Numbered from the whole stretch's first letter, positions 34,962-46,735 are shown. The stretch: DNA of 63,078 nucleotides, filler included, from Corallochytrium limacisporum Hawaii (GCA_002811645.1; 4 parts of 4 records of this genome joined end to end with filler, not necessarily neighbours in it), one strand, 5' to 3'. Translations and numbers: made by a program. Notes: generated from the sequence alone by a model not told the origin.

Positions 34962-35570
34962 ATGAAGTTCATCTGTGAATCCTTGCTTATGCTTGCTGCC
35001 ATCAGCAGCGTTTTGGATGTCATCCATGCCATGCCCGTCAAGGTTCGTAGGCAGGAGACCGATGTCCACGTTGTTGGAGCAGAATCCGTAGTGGTCGATG
35101 TTGGGAGCACTGCCCGCATTGGAATGCGGCGTTCAAGCGATGCCGACATCCTCGTCATCAGCGGTGCTGACGCAGGTGCTGGAGTCTTTGGCATTGCCGG
35201 CCCTGCTAGCATCCCAACAGAGCCCGCTGCTATCGCCGCTGGCCAAGAAGGTGACCCTGCCCTCGCTGCCCTCGCTGCTGCACCCGCCCGAAAGGCCCTC
35301 CGCCGTGAGACTCCCCGCACCCCTGTCGCCATCAACGGCGGTGACGCAGGCGCCGTTGGCGCTGGAATCTTTGGCATTGCCGGCCCTGCTAGCGTCCCAA
35401 CAGAGCCCGCTGCTACCGCCGCTGGCCAAGAAGGTGACCCTGCCCTCGCTGCCCTCGCTGCTGCACCCGCCCGAAAGGTCCTCCGCCGTGAGACTCGCGG
35501 CAAGCCTGCAGCCATCAACGGCGGTGACATTACCGCCCCTGCTGGCATCCCCGTTCCTGCCGGCCCCTGA
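34962..35570 (+). CDS. Secreted Ala/Gly/Pro-rich repeat protein with dibasic (RR) sites
   Basis: Signal peptide MKFICESLLMLAAISSVLDVIHA, two near-identical 61-aa repeats and four RR sites. Confidence 0.75.
   Translation: MKFICESLLMLAAISSVLDVIHAMPVKVRRQETDVHVVGAESVVVDVGSTARIGMRRSSDADILVISGADAGAGVFGIAGPASIPTEPAAIAAGQEGDPALAALAAAPARKALRRETPRTPVAINGGDAGAVGAGIFGIAGPASVPTEPAATAAGQEGDPALAALAAAPARKVLRRETRGKPAAINGGDITAPAGIPVPAGP
35178..35528 (+). repeat. Intragenic tandem duplication, 183-bp period (about 2 copies)
   Basis: GCTGGA.TCTTTGGCATTGCCGGCCCTGCTAGC starts at 35178 and at 35361, with few mismatches between copies. Confidence 0.95.
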
Positions 35571-36068
35571 TGGCCGAGAAAAATTATAGTTCAAAGAACA
35601 TGGTCATTCGGTAATACCCAACGTGTAAGAATAAGTTGGGTGACCAAATGGACGATGGCCACTTCAAAACTAAGATAGGTCCTGGCGGAACCCCACTTCA
35701 TTCAATAGAATTCCCAGACAACCCCTCTCCATAGTGTCCCAGTTTGCAAGATACTACTGACCTCCTGGTCTTCTTAAACTGTGAAAGTTGCGACTGCCCG
35801 CCCCTCCCATGCCTGCATGTGTAGAAAACCCCAACGAAATCTGCTGTCAACGGCTCAAGGCCCAGTCACGCAACAATCTTGTCCCTGTCCCATGCTTTTT
35901 CTCTCGTCGAACAAGGGTATTTGGTACACTTGGCTTTACCATAGGGGTGAATAAATTTGTCACACTCGTGTGAAAGAGTGAGCAAATGATTGGTCTGGAA
36001 GAATCTTTAAAGAAGACGTATGAGGGGGATCGTATCTAAAGAGAATAGAAGAACAGAAGAGACGCACA

Positions 36069-36479
36069 ATGGATGCCCTGAAACGAACACAAAAAGCCGC
36101 AGAAGATGAAGAAATCCGTAAGATTCTGGGCAAATGGGAGGAACGCTACTCCACCTGCGTGGCACAACAGATGGGATTTAAGTATTTCACAGCTGCGGTG
36201 CTCTGCGTGGGCGTACCGCTGGGCATCATGCAGAAGAAGTACTGGCCTCTGATCCCTGCGGGAATCATCGGCACTTTCGCTGACGACATGGAGGCCAGGC
36301 GGAAAAAATGCTGGGCAGAGAGTGACATGGTCAGCGATCTTCGCAAATGGGCACAGCAAGGGCAGAAACAGCGGATCATTGAGGTCGATACAGCGGCTGA
36401 GAAGGAGTATCAACAGGACCTTACCGAGCAGGATGGGAGTAGCAGTAGCAGCAATCCTGAAAATTCGGGGACATCATAA
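36069..36479 (+). CDS. Small hypothetical membrane protein (helical hairpin flanked by Cys)
   Basis: 136-aa ATG ORF with charged helical termini and a central hydrophobic hairpin (FTAAVLCVGVPLGI...WPLIPAGIIGT). Confidence 0.7.
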   Translation: MDALKRTQKAAEDEEIRKILGKWEERYSTCVAQQMGFKYFTAAVLCVGVPLGIMQKKYWPLIPAGIIGTFADDMEARRKKCWAESDMVSDLRKWAQQGQKQRIIEVDTAAEKEYQQDLTEQDGSSSSSNPENSGTS

Positions 36480-39400
36480 CCGCCATCATCATCAAGTTCA
36501 TGCTCATGATCGTGGCCTTATGGTCCGTGGTCCTGGCAGTGTATCATAGTAAACACTTTGCCTGTATCACTCGTATCTTATGGAGTTTGGCAGTGCGCTG
36601 TACTCTTGGTTGGGAATGTCCCATGCAAAAAGGGGGCGGGCGGCTTCATGGGGTAGAGCAGCTGGATTTCAGTTCTCTTTGCAGCGATGTTGTGAATCAT
36701 TTCAACAAAATCCGTATGTTGCAAATATTTAATTTAGTATTGCATTATGTTAAATTAAAATATTCCGGATATATATATCCCAACATTGGCAAATGTGTGT
36801 GACACAGATGGTCGACCGTTTACACTCCCTCCCATTGGCCAGGAATCCCAAGGGGCTCTGGCTTTTTTTCTTGGGTTCATTTTCGTCCCCCAAAACGGGG
36901 TGCTTGTGTATGGGAAGGGCGCGTTGTGCTCCCCCGGTTAACCCGGTCCGCCCCCGGGGGGGGGGGGTAAGCGACGCACAGCCAGCCCAGCCATTTTGAA
37001 TCTAGCCCGCCACGGATTTTACCTGTCAACCCCCTCGCTTCCCCCGTCCCCGCTTAAGCAACACAACACCCGTCCCCCCCTCTTCTCCTTCCATCCCCCC
37101 TAAAGCACTACCGCACTTCTTCCCCCACCGCCAAATTTGAAAGAAATGGACTCCCACACATTCCACCAACCGCTTGTGCTCTCTCTTCCCACCGGGCATT
37201 TTTGCATTTCCTTCCTTTCCCTCCCCTCCTTCCTTCTTCGCCCCTCNNNNNNNNNNNNNNNNNNNNNNNNNNNNNNNNNNNNNNNNNNNNNNNNNNNNNN
37301 NNNNNNNNNNNNNNNNNNNNNNNNNNNNNNNNNNNNNNNNNNNNNNNNNNNNNNNNNNNNNNNNNNNNNNNNNNNNNNNNNNNNNNNNNNNNNNNNNNNN
37401 NNNNNNNNNNNNNNNNNNNNNNNNNNNNNNNNNNNNNNNNNNNNNNNNNNNNNNNNNNNNNNNNNNNNNNNNNNNNNNNNNNNNNNNNNNNNNNNNNNNN
37501 NNNNNNNNNNNCCCCGGGCCTTCAAACCGCGTTTCCCGCAATTTGTCGTTCGCCTGTTCCCGTTCTTCGCCCCAAGGGCGGTCCCCCCCTCTTTTCCAAC
37601 TCACGACGACACACAAGGACAAACCCAACCGTCATCCAAAGCCAGAACGGAAGGGGGGTCTACTGTGTGTATTTTCGGTTTCTTCCCAAAAATGGACCCG
37701 GCAGGGAAGACCGAAGGAACACCCGGGCCCTCCCCCCTTCCTGGTCTCGCGACCCCCTAAAACACCGGACCAGGAATGTCGAGCGTTGCGCTTTGGAACA
37801 AAACGCTTCATTCCTGTGCGTGCCGGCAGTGGGTGTGCGCGCCGCCGCTTGGGCGCGCACAGGGTAGTGTGACAGACATTCACGGACGCACAGAGAGAGA
37901 ATGAGAGAGTGAGAGAGAGAGTGTGAGTTGGTGGTGTGGCATGGATGCCTTGGAGCCTCTCTCCCGGGTTGCGCGCGCGAATGGGGAAACCGGGCGCGGG
38001 AGGACGCAGCTGGACTTCCTCCCATTTCGCGGATTTGACAGAGTGAACGGACCGACGGACGAGGGAATATGCCCCACTGGCTCTTCATAATACTTAGTAG
38101 ACCAAGAGAAAGTGACGGATGGGGGGTGGTGGTGGATGTGGATGGGCAACCGAAGAACCAACCAGCCCTGGTGGTGTGGGTGGTTTGTACCTGGGCCTCT
38201 CTGGTGCGAATGGAGTAGTGGTCGTGGTACTTTTTGTACGGTAGGGATAGGCCAAAGGGGAAGGAAGGAGAAGGGAAAGGAAGGGGAACGGGGGCCATTG
38301 TAGCGAAAACACAGTCTATTTGGCTGCAGAGAAGAACTGTAGGGAGAAACAAGGGGTTGGTTGGGGGGTGGTGTGGTGTGATGAGGGTCGTTTAACCAGC
38401 AAAGTGACGACGCGGTGTGACCGTTCGCCATTGCAAGTACCGAGGTTCTACGGTTTCCCTTTCCTTTGATTTCCCATCGCTGAAGGAAGGCTTTGTGTGT
38501 ATGTGTTCTACTTTTCCTTTTCGTTTTGTGCGTTTGCATTTAAGGCGCGGGTATTTTTTCCGTGGACGAATGGGGGCCCCTTCCTCCCCTAACCCCCCCC
38601 CCCCCTCTTTGTTTCCGGTTTCTTTTTGGGTGGATTTAATTCCCACCCCACCCCCTCTCGTGTCTTCACGCGCCTTCTTCTTTTTGGTTCCCTCGGTCCC
38701 CGCGGGGCGTCCTTCCTCGGAAACTTGGTTGGTGGTGGTCACTGTGGACATGCAGCTGAGCCGGTGTGCAGTCGTCCTATACTGCGACTACCAAAGAGCC
38801 AGAGCATGGTGGGAGTGGGGAAGACGTCTGTGTATGTGTATGCATGTCGAACCGGAAGACTTCACCAGGAGATCATCAGCCAGTGTATCCACCACCCCAC
38901 CAACCCAGATTGGAGCGGGGCATAACGGAGCCTGCTCCAACACGGAGAGACACCCACCGACACGGAGAGAGAGAGAGAGATTGAGAAAGGCCAGAGGCAC
39001 ACACACACATGCACACACACCCAGGACAAACAGGGGCAAAATAGCAGTACAAGAACGGGCGTGGAACCTGGTGTGTTCAGGCACCGGATACGGCTGCTTC
39101 TTTTTTAAACTTTTCTTTGGGCCCCTTCAATGCTTGTGCTTGGTGCTCTCACTCGGCTGTCGCCGACCAGTGTTTTGCCGTGCTGATATTCGCCCTTCCG
39201 TCTCCCGATGATTGATAGACTATGATATTTAGGTGTAACCGACCAATGCACGATGATGCGATCCGCATGGGAGCAGGATGCCGGGCACAGAGAAAGGGGG
39301 GGGGGGGAGAGCGGAACGTTGACACCCCCAAAAGCAAGCAAGCAACTAAGCAAGCAAGCAACCACCCAACCAACTCGAATACGGGGAAATGACGAAGAAG

Positions 39401-41286
39401 TAAACGGAAGACATGGATACCAATATAGAATCAGAAGAACGTTATTCCAGGCCTAAGTTCCGGGGGGGGGCGAAAAGAGGAGTTTGGGGTCCTCGGTCAT
39501 GTTCTTCCTGGTGGCCGCGAGCTTTTCTGTTGTGACCTTCTGTCTCTTTACCATTCCTTGCGCTTGGTAATGTGTAGGGTTCCATACCTCCGGTGATGTT
39601 TGGCCGTTGATGTTTTCCGCTTCGTTCATTCGTCCGTTTCAGTGCGCGACCAAAAGACAAAGAAAGAAAGAGGGAAAAAAACAGGCGAATAAAAAGAAAG
39701 CAGGCAAAAAGTGAACAAAAAATCCACGTCTCTCTCTCTCTCTCTCTCTCTACGTCGTCGTCCCTTCCGCAAGACTCAACCACCATCGCGCACGGGGCCA
39801 AAAGTGAAGAAAAAACCACAGACAAACCCCACACAAACACAACAGACAACACGCGCGCGCGCGCGCACAACACCCCCATCCATCCCCCCAACCCCTCGGC
39901 GGGGGGAGGAGGGGCAAGGTTCCTTCCTTCGCATCCACACCATCATCGCCTTCCATTGGCTCTCTCATATTCCACGAATTCTTAATTCCATTTTCCCCAA
40001 TCCACACCATTCTTCCGTCCTTACGTGTTTAGATGTTAACGCGGCGGGAGAGTACTGCGCGGGGTGGGGATTCTTTTTTATATTTCTAGCTCACTCTCTC
40101 TCTTTTCATTTCTTTGGTTGGTAAATACGTGCGGTACGTACGTATTGCATATCACATTGGCTTCTGTTTTCCTTTGTTTTCTAATTTGGCGACTATTGAA
40201 TACACCCACCTCTCCAGTCGATGAACACACACACACACTCCACCACCACCACCACCACCCGTCTCTCTCTCTCTCTCTCTTTGCTTCCTTGCTTCCCTTG
40301 CTTGCTTCATCGCCGTTGTCAAAAGTGCTGTGTGTTCTAGGAGAGCTCTGCATGTCTGCGTTCGTCGTTCGCGGTCGTGCTCTTTTGCCTAGTCGAAAGT
40401 TTATAAAGTATGGGGACACCTCCCCCCCCTCGTTTGTCACATCACAACAGTTAATTTTGTTTCATTCATCATTTATGTACCTGTGTTTTCGGGCTATATC
40501 AGTCGTGCTTTTTCGTCCGTTGTCACCATCTTCCTTTCGGTGAATAACACCGAGGTTCTGTGCTTGTGTGTGTGTGTGTGCTTCGCCTGCTCTGTCCCTC
40601 TTTTTTTTTTTTCTTTTTTCTTTTCTTTTTTTGTTAACCCCTGCCCCCATGGTCCGCCCCGGTGTGGGCCTGTGTCTTCGTTCCAATCATCGATCAGTGA
40701 CCTGCCGCAGAAGACCATCTGTGTTTCGCGGGCCCCCAAGATTTAACAACACCCGCCGCGGTGACAAGAGAGAAAGGTTCAACATGCCTGCCGGTCAAGT
40801 GTGCCTCTTTGCCTTGCCATCTCTCTCTCTCTCTCTCGCCCAATAGTGTTCGTTCCGCTGGTGGAACAGTACGTACGTGTGTGTTTTCTTTGAAGTGTGT
40901 GCCCTGTGGGTTGTCGCAATACTCCACTTATCTTCCGCCCCTTGGCGCCCGATACCGTCACAGCCGTGTCACACTAATGATGCACGCGCAACACTCGGAC
41001 ACGGAGACGGCAGAGTGTGCGAGTATGGATGAAATGCTATTTCTTGAATAGAAGGAAGTAGCTACAGTTGCCGGAACGCGAAGGTATAAGAAAGTAATCG
41101 CACTAAACACATCCCTTGGGAGTCCATTATCTCTGTCGGGGGTCCAAAGTCGCTTCTTCATCGGAACGGGAAAAGATCACGTACGCAAATTATCTTGTGT
41201 GTGTGTTGGGGACTGAACAAGCGACAGTCCTTGCATATTGGTAGTTTTGACTAACGAAGACGAAACAAAGAGAAAGGCAATTAATC

Positions 41287-41736
41287 ATGCAGCAGGCATT
41301 TGCACTCTTCGCGGGCAACATTGTCATCGGATTCCTCGTCCTGGTCCTCTGTGCCGCCGGCTTCCACAACAGGGGCGATTCCACATGGGCCACGGACACT
41401 AATGGTCTCTTTGCCTACGCCATCGGTATTATTGGAAACTGCATCCTTCTGGTTGGTTCTCTGATTGGCATCTTTGACCTCATGGGCAAGCTCTATCCGG
41501 GATCCGGCGCCTTTGCCGCCAATATGCTGGTCAACTCCATGGCTGTGAACATCGCGGCCTTTGGCTTTGCTGCTGCTGGCCTGGACACAACCGGAACCGG
41601 GTCCGGCTATGAAGCCGCCGCTTCCTTCGTTATCATTCAGCAGTTTATTCTGATTCCTTCAGTGCTGCTGCTGATTCTGCGTGGCGAAGAGCTCAAGAAC
41701 GAGATTGGCGGCGGTGGCAACGCTGCCTCGCTTTGA
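41287..41736 (+). CDS. Small four-TM protein, AWPM-19/PM19-like
   Basis: 149 aa, coding-like codon usage, four hydrophobic helices. The C-terminal half resembles plant AWPM-19 as recalled. Confidence 0.75.
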   Translation: MQQAFALFAGNIVIGFLVLVLCAAGFHNRGDSTWATDTNGLFAYAIGIIGNCILLVGSLIGIFDLMGKLYPGSGAFAANMLVNSMAVNIAAFGFAAAGLDTTGTGSGYEAAASFVIIQQFILIPSVLLLILRGEELKNEIGGGGNAASL

Positions 41737-42160
41737 ACTTCGTCTCGGAGCAGCAACAGACCATTTGAAAACAAAAACGAGACCCCCCCAACAAAGAGGA
41801 CGACAGCAGCGACAGGTTTCACAGGGATGAGGAGCATGAGATGAGGAGCATGACCAAAGTGTCTCCATTGAGAGAGGCCAAGTGATTGAGCACGGGGCAG
41901 CTGACGTAAGCGTCAGTCAAATAGGATCATTCTGCCATGTTTTCCTTGCACCCTTGGGTTCCATGAACCGCAGGGTTCTTTGCTGCCACGGACTTTGATG
42001 AACCAAAAAAAGGCCATAAAATATAGTTCACTTTCATGTTTGTAACAGTATCATCTCACCCTTCGAGGGGTTCGAGAGAGCACGAAATCTTTAGGGGTTC
42101 GAGAGAGCGCCACTGCGGTCACGCCACGATGTTTCTTTAAAATCACAGTCTATTTTCAGA

Positions 42161-45100
42161 TCAACTATCATTGCTCTGCGGATCGGGTGGGTCATCATCG
42201 TGACCGTTCTCCACCAACTCATCCAAGTGTCCCAAAGATCGGTAGTAGAGCTGATGAACGTCTTGGTAGGTCAACCGTGCATCCATCTCTCCCACCGCCT
42301 TCCCGGAACCTGACGTCGGTCCACCACCCAGGCTCTGTCGCGTGCTCTGCGTGCGGTACGTCTGTGATGTGAGGGCTAAGATGTGCTCCTCGATGCTACC
42401 CTTGATGCCGAATCGGTACACAAAGGTCTCCATACGCTGTCCCATGCGGTGCACACGGTTCACGGCCTGGTCCTCTTCCGCTTTGTTCAAGCTCGGCTCA
42501 ACCAGGAAGACGTGCGTTGCCTCGGTGAGGTTCAGTCCCCGGCCTCCGTCCTTGAGGCGCAGGAGCAGGCACGTCACTGCCGGGTCGCGCTTAAAGGAGG
42601 CAATGGCGCGCTGGGCCTTGACATTGCTTCCGAGCGCACTCAGACATCGCACTCCGGCGCCTTCGAGGGCATGGTGAATCACTTCGAGGGCGCGAGTCCA
42701 TTGGCTGAAAATCAGGCACTTGAACGGCGCCTGACCAACAGATCCATGCCGCTCCTCCGCAATGTCCGCGACGAGGTCGACGAGTGCGTCAATTTTTGTG
42801 GAAATCTCGGACCGGCGGGGCCGATGGGTACCGTTGCTACCGGCACCACCGCCAGCAGCAGAGGCAGTATTATCAACATGAACAATCGCGTCGATGGCAA
42901 ATTGCGCGCGGCATTTTGGGCACGGCATGCTCGCGCGGTGTCCGAAGCGTTCGAAGTAGTGGAAGGTGCACTCATTGTGCATGCCATGTGCGCAGGGGAA
43001 GAGCGCAAATTGGTGCATGAGCGGTTGGAGGCAGACTGGGCAATCTTCGTGGTGGACTGCGGTCGCCTGTTGCTGGTGCTCCTGTCCTTGCTCCGACTCC
43101 TGGTGCTGCGGGCGCTGGGTTTGTTCGGGCTTGACTGTGGCTTTTGATGACGCAGGCGTACTCAGGTGCTTGAGATAGATTAAATGGCCCTGCTTTCTTC
43201 GCAGAGCATCCTGCTCGACCGTACAATCCGCCTGGTGCCGCCGCAGCTCCTCATCGATGCGGAACGGCTCGATCCACAGTGTCTCCTCATGTGGCGCCAC
43301 GATCTGCTCCGGCCTGCGGATGCGAATGCGATGGCAAAACATTTTCACTTCGTCCCTGGCACTGATGAGATCGTGTGCCTTGGTCCAGAGCGTGCCGAGA
43401 GTCGACCAGCGCTCCTTCTTGACCTGCGTGAATCGTGCGAGGAGGTCATCGCCGTCCCTGGACACGTCGTCTCCGACCGGGGCTTTGCTGGAGTGATGAT
43501 GTCGAATGACCTGCAGTGTTGCTTTAGCGATCAGTTCGCACAGGCCGTCATCGCGCATAAAGGCATTGTCCTTCTGCTGCCGACCCACTACGTCCATTTC
43601 TGATTCCATCCGTTCCGCCGCGCTCAGACCAAACAACAGACCGTCAAAAATCAGCAAGTGTCGGTTAATCCTACAGAAATCACATTCAGGACCCGTACGT
43701 AGCAGGTCTTGCCTACACTTTCCGCAGTTGGCCTGTCGCTCCACCCAGATTTCGTCCGAGAAATTCGCAACCACGGTGCGCAGCATGCTCATGACCTCGT
43801 CCCGCTTCTCGCTGATTTGACCATACTTAGTGGCAAAGAGATAGTGCACTCCCGCCAGGCTGCGCATGCCCATCGCATCGAGGTTAGCGTAGGCACCGGA
43901 GACGTCCTGGTACATGGCCTGGATGCGACTAAGCACCTTCTTCTCAAGGGAATGACTGGACACGTAGGCAAGCATGGCTGCCCATTCGGGCGGACCGTCG
44001 TGGCTTTCCCTCTTTGGCGGTACCGACGAGGCCCCGGCGCGATACTTGTCCCAGAGACGCAGACGCTGTGCGGACTGGTCCAGGGCACCTAGTGCCTGCT
44101 CCATGGCACGCTCAAAATCGCGTAAGTACGCCTCAATCAGTGTCTTTTCAGTTTGCCGGAGAGAGGTCAGGTCGTGGCTGATGACGGATGCCGAATCATC
44201 CACAACGGTCTTGCTCTCCTTGATGATCTCCCCCAGATTGTGGATGGAATGTAATTTCTGCATAGGATCCAGTCGCACGTCTTTGCGCAGTTGCTCCTTT
44301 GGCTGCTCTTGCTGCTCCTGTTGCTGACCATGGCTTTCCGAGGTGTGAACATCGATCTTGAGGACCCGGTTTCCATCGGTCGTGGGGTCCTTTTTGGCAC
44401 CGATTTCGTTGCCCTTACTGTCCAATGCGATGACAGCATCGTACGTCTCGATAGCCTTAACGGTTTCCCCTTTCATATAGTAACAGGCTGCCATGCCGTT
44501 CATGGCCATTGCCAGTTTCCGCTGCACTTCTTCCGCTTCCACCGTAGTGTTGGCAATCATGGCATCGAGCACGTTCTGCAGCGTCGAGGTGGCCTTGCTC
44601 AAATTATGCGTGGTACCACCTTTGATGGAGATCTGGGGATGCACACACGCTCTGCGCAACGGCCACAGGTTCTCAAGACAGCGCCGCAGCTGTTCATTGT
44701 CCGTTGTTGTGTAGTATCCGGCTCTGATCCCGCGGTGCCATGCATGTAGTACCTTCTCCATCTTCGGGCGAATGGCCTCCTGCTCACGTGAATAGAAGTG
44801 GGCCTCAATCGGGCTCAGTTCCAGCGAAATCATGCTTTCTGACTGCGGTGGAATGTACATTTCGCTAGCTACAAGATGCTTCTCGTTTCGCCACATCAGC
44901 TCCACCACCATCTGTAGCTGCAGAGTGTTCAGGAAGGGTGTGACGCCGTTCTTGAGCAGTGTCCACAGCTCCGGATCCCTGTCGAAGAGCGGAATACGTA
45001 GTAGACTACTCAGCCCTTCCAAATCTGGCAGCGCGTGAGACAGAGGCGTCCCCGAAATGCACCATCGATTCACGACGTTGAGCATGCGTGCCACTTCGGC

Positions 45101-46735
45101 TGCCTTGGATGTCCGACCCTCGACCATCTGCACCTCGTCCACGCACATGCGCCACCATTCAATGCACGTTAGTGGGCTTGAAGGAATGATTCTGCGCCGC
45201 TTGTGCCGACTCGATCGTTCCACACGGTTCTCCGGGATGTAATGTACCTCAGAACGGAACGTCGAGTAGGACACTAGGACCACATCAGCCTCCATCAGTT
45301 CTAGCGGGGACACGTAGCCTTGCTTCTGGATACCCTCGTATATGATACATTTGAATGCTGACATGTCGCAGTGCTTCTCGATTTCCTCCTGCCACTGAAG
45401 AAGAATTGATTGCGGGCAGACAATCAGGGTGGCTGCGGTAGGGAAACGCCGGTTCCGAATACAGGTTGCACAAATGTAACGCTTGGGGCTGAGTCGGGAC
45501 TGCAATTTCCTTGATGTGATAATGTCCTCGATTTCATCGATTGACGAGCAGGCGATGCATTCTATTATCTTCCTGTTCCTCAAAGATTTGCTGTCGCTGT
45601 CGTCCGTATCAATCACTTCCTTTAATCCCAGCGACTGTAATGTTGGCCTATCACGTTGATGGGTTAAAATGGTTGCAATTGTCTCTACGGTTTTGCCGAG
45701 GCCCATTTCGTCCGCCAAGATTCCACCACGCACGTTGCCGAATATGGTCTCGGTCCCGCTTTCATCGTGATCCGTACCATGGTCCCCGTTTGATGTGCCA
45801 TGGGCATCTTGATGATAATGGTGATGATACTGCCCTTCTTCTTCGTCCTTCATGGTGGCACTGCCATTGGCATAAGCATGCCCATTTATGTTTGGTACGT
45901 TTCCCGGCAACTGCGACTGCTGTGTGGCAGCAAAAGTTCCGGTCACCACATTAAAGCTGATCAGCTTTTCTTTTCTATTCTCACCCTGCTCCCAAGATCC
46001 CTCTACCGGCAGCACAAAGTCAACGCAACTGCGGCCACCATAGACATCCAGCACCGATAACACAGTATCGTCCGCCTTCTGAACCGGTTTCCAAGCTACT
46101 TCCTGCTCCCGGCTAACCATCCAAGCAACGACGTGCGCCTGATATGGCCGTAGCATTGCATTTAATCCGATGATGCGCGGTGCAGCAGGACGCTCAAGAC
46201 CGGTGGGTCGTGCAATTTCCAAAAGATCCTTAACTGAGGATTTCGCTACAGTTCTGTTCAAACGCTCTGATCCGTAGGAATCCTTGAGCCAGCCGCGGTA
46301 CATTTGGCCCAGGATCGAGACCAGTATGCGGTATACCCGGTCATGTAGGAGCCAACGGCATGCTAATGTCTTCTTGCCCTCAACCACTAACCGATGCAAT
46401 GTAACGCTGACAGTGACAGTCTCCGGGTTGCGCGTGCGCTCCGAGATGGTGACTCGAAGCAAACTGGGGTCTAGTTGTGAGAGTCCATAGAGCACTTTCT
46501 GCGTACTGATGGGATCTTCATCGAAAAGAAGCTCTCGCCCAGTTCTGGCGCACCGCAAGGTTCCTATTCCTACTTCACCAATAAAGGCTGGAACACTCCA
46601 AATGATCCCGAACAATTCCGCATCCGTGGCACTGAACTGTGATATCGATACAAAGGGCCCTTCTGTCCGCAACCGTTTGACTGGCCTGACGTCAGCCTTT
46701 CTATTCTTGTCCGGAACTGCTTTCCGCCTCACCAT
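42161..46735 (-). CDS. SHPRH: SHPRH/Irc20-like SNF2 ATPase with RING E3 ligase
   Basis: LRPYQ...WM..RE, GGILADEMGLGKTVE, TLIVCP.SIL.QW, WWRMCVDEVQ, RWCISGTP, LRRACVHPQ, EAEE.QRKL....NGMA, a RING finger, STKID, LIFSQW, GLNLTEATHVFLVEP and QAVNRVHRMGQ. Confidence 0.93.
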   Translation of the reverse strand: MVRRKAVPDKNRKADVRPVKRLRTEGPFVSISQFSATDAELFGIIWSVPAFIGEVGIGTLRCARTGRELLFDEDPISTQKVLYGLSQLDPSLLRVTISERTRNPETVTVSVTLHRLVVEGKKTLACRWLLHDRVYRILVSILGQMYRGWLKDSYGSERLNRTVAKSSVKDLLEIARPTGLERPAAPRIIGLNAMLRPYQAHVVAWMVSREQEVAWKPVQKADDTVLSVLDVYGGRSCVDFVLPVEGSWEQGENRKEKLISFNVVTGTFAATQQSQLPGNVPNINGHAYANGSATMKDEEEGQYHHHYHQDAHGTSNGDHGTDHDESGTETIFGNVRGGILADEMGLGKTVETIATILTHQRDRPTLQSLGLKEVIDTDDSDSKSLRNRKIIECIACSSIDEIEDIITSRKLQSRLSPKRYICATCIRNRRFPTAATLIVCPQSILLQWQEEIEKHCDMSAFKCIIYEGIQKQGYVSPLELMEADVVLVSYSTFRSEVHYIPENRVERSSRHKRRRIIPSSPLTCIEWWRMCVDEVQMVEGRTSKAAEVARMLNVVNRWCISGTPLSHALPDLEGLSSLLRIPLFDRDPELWTLLKNGVTPFLNTLQLQMVVELMWRNEKHLVASEMYIPPQSESMISLELSPIEAHFYSREQEAIRPKMEKVLHAWHRGIRAGYYTTTDNEQLRRCLENLWPLRRACVHPQISIKGGTTHNLSKATSTLQNVLDAMIANTTVEAEEVQRKLAMAMNGMAACYYMKGETVKAIETYDAVIALDSKGNEIGAKKDPTTDGNRVLKIDVHTSESHGQQQEQQEQPKEQLRKDVRLDPMQKLHSIHNLGEIIKESKTVVDDSASVISHDLTSLRQTEKTLIEAYLRDFERAMEQALGALDQSAQRLRLWDKYRAGASSVPPKRESHDGPPEWAAMLAYVSSHSLEKKVLSRIQAMYQDVSGAYANLDAMGMRSLAGVHYLFATKYGQISEKRDEVMSMLRTVVANFSDEIWVERQANCGKCRQDLLRTGPECDFCRINRHLLIFDGLLFGLSAAERMESEMDVVGRQQKDNAFMRDDGLCELIAKATLQVIRHHHSSKAPVGDDVSRDGDDLLARFTQVKKERWSTLGTLWTKAHDLISARDEVKMFCHRIRIRRPEQIVAPHEETLWIEPFRIDEELRRHQADCTVEQDALRRKQGHLIYLKHLSTPASSKATVKPEQTQRPQHQESEQGQEHQQQATAVHHEDCPVCLQPLMHQFALFPCAHGMHNECTFHYFERFGHRASMPCPKCRAQFAIDAIVHVDNTASAAGGGAGSNGTHRPRRSEISTKIDALVDLVADIAEERHGSVGQAPFKCLIFSQWTRALEVIHHALEGAGVRCLSALGSNVKAQRAIASFKRDPAVTCLLLRLKDGGRGLNLTEATHVFLVEPSLNKAEEDQAVNRVHRMGQRMETFVYRFGIKGSIEEHILALTSQTYRTQSTRQSLGGGPTSGSGKAVGEMDARLTYQDVHQLYYRSLGHLDELVENGHDDDPPDPQSNDS

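Noticed and set aside
34709-35594. Minus-strand 279-aa and 153-aa ORFs over the repeat gene
   Set aside because: Antisense shadows of a GC-rich repeat. The plus-strand frame has an ATG, a signal peptide and coding-like codon usage.
37026-40961. Numerous 100-260-aa ORFs
   Set aside because: They overlap in many frames, are driven by homopolymers and microsatellites, and lack protein-like composition.
42066-42108. 16-bp direct repeat AGGGGTTCGAGAGAGC x2 with B-box-like GGTTCGA (tRNA/SINE/CRISPR?)
   Set aside because: Only two copies 27 bp apart, with no cloverleaf or A-box. Most likely a local duplication in a 3' region.
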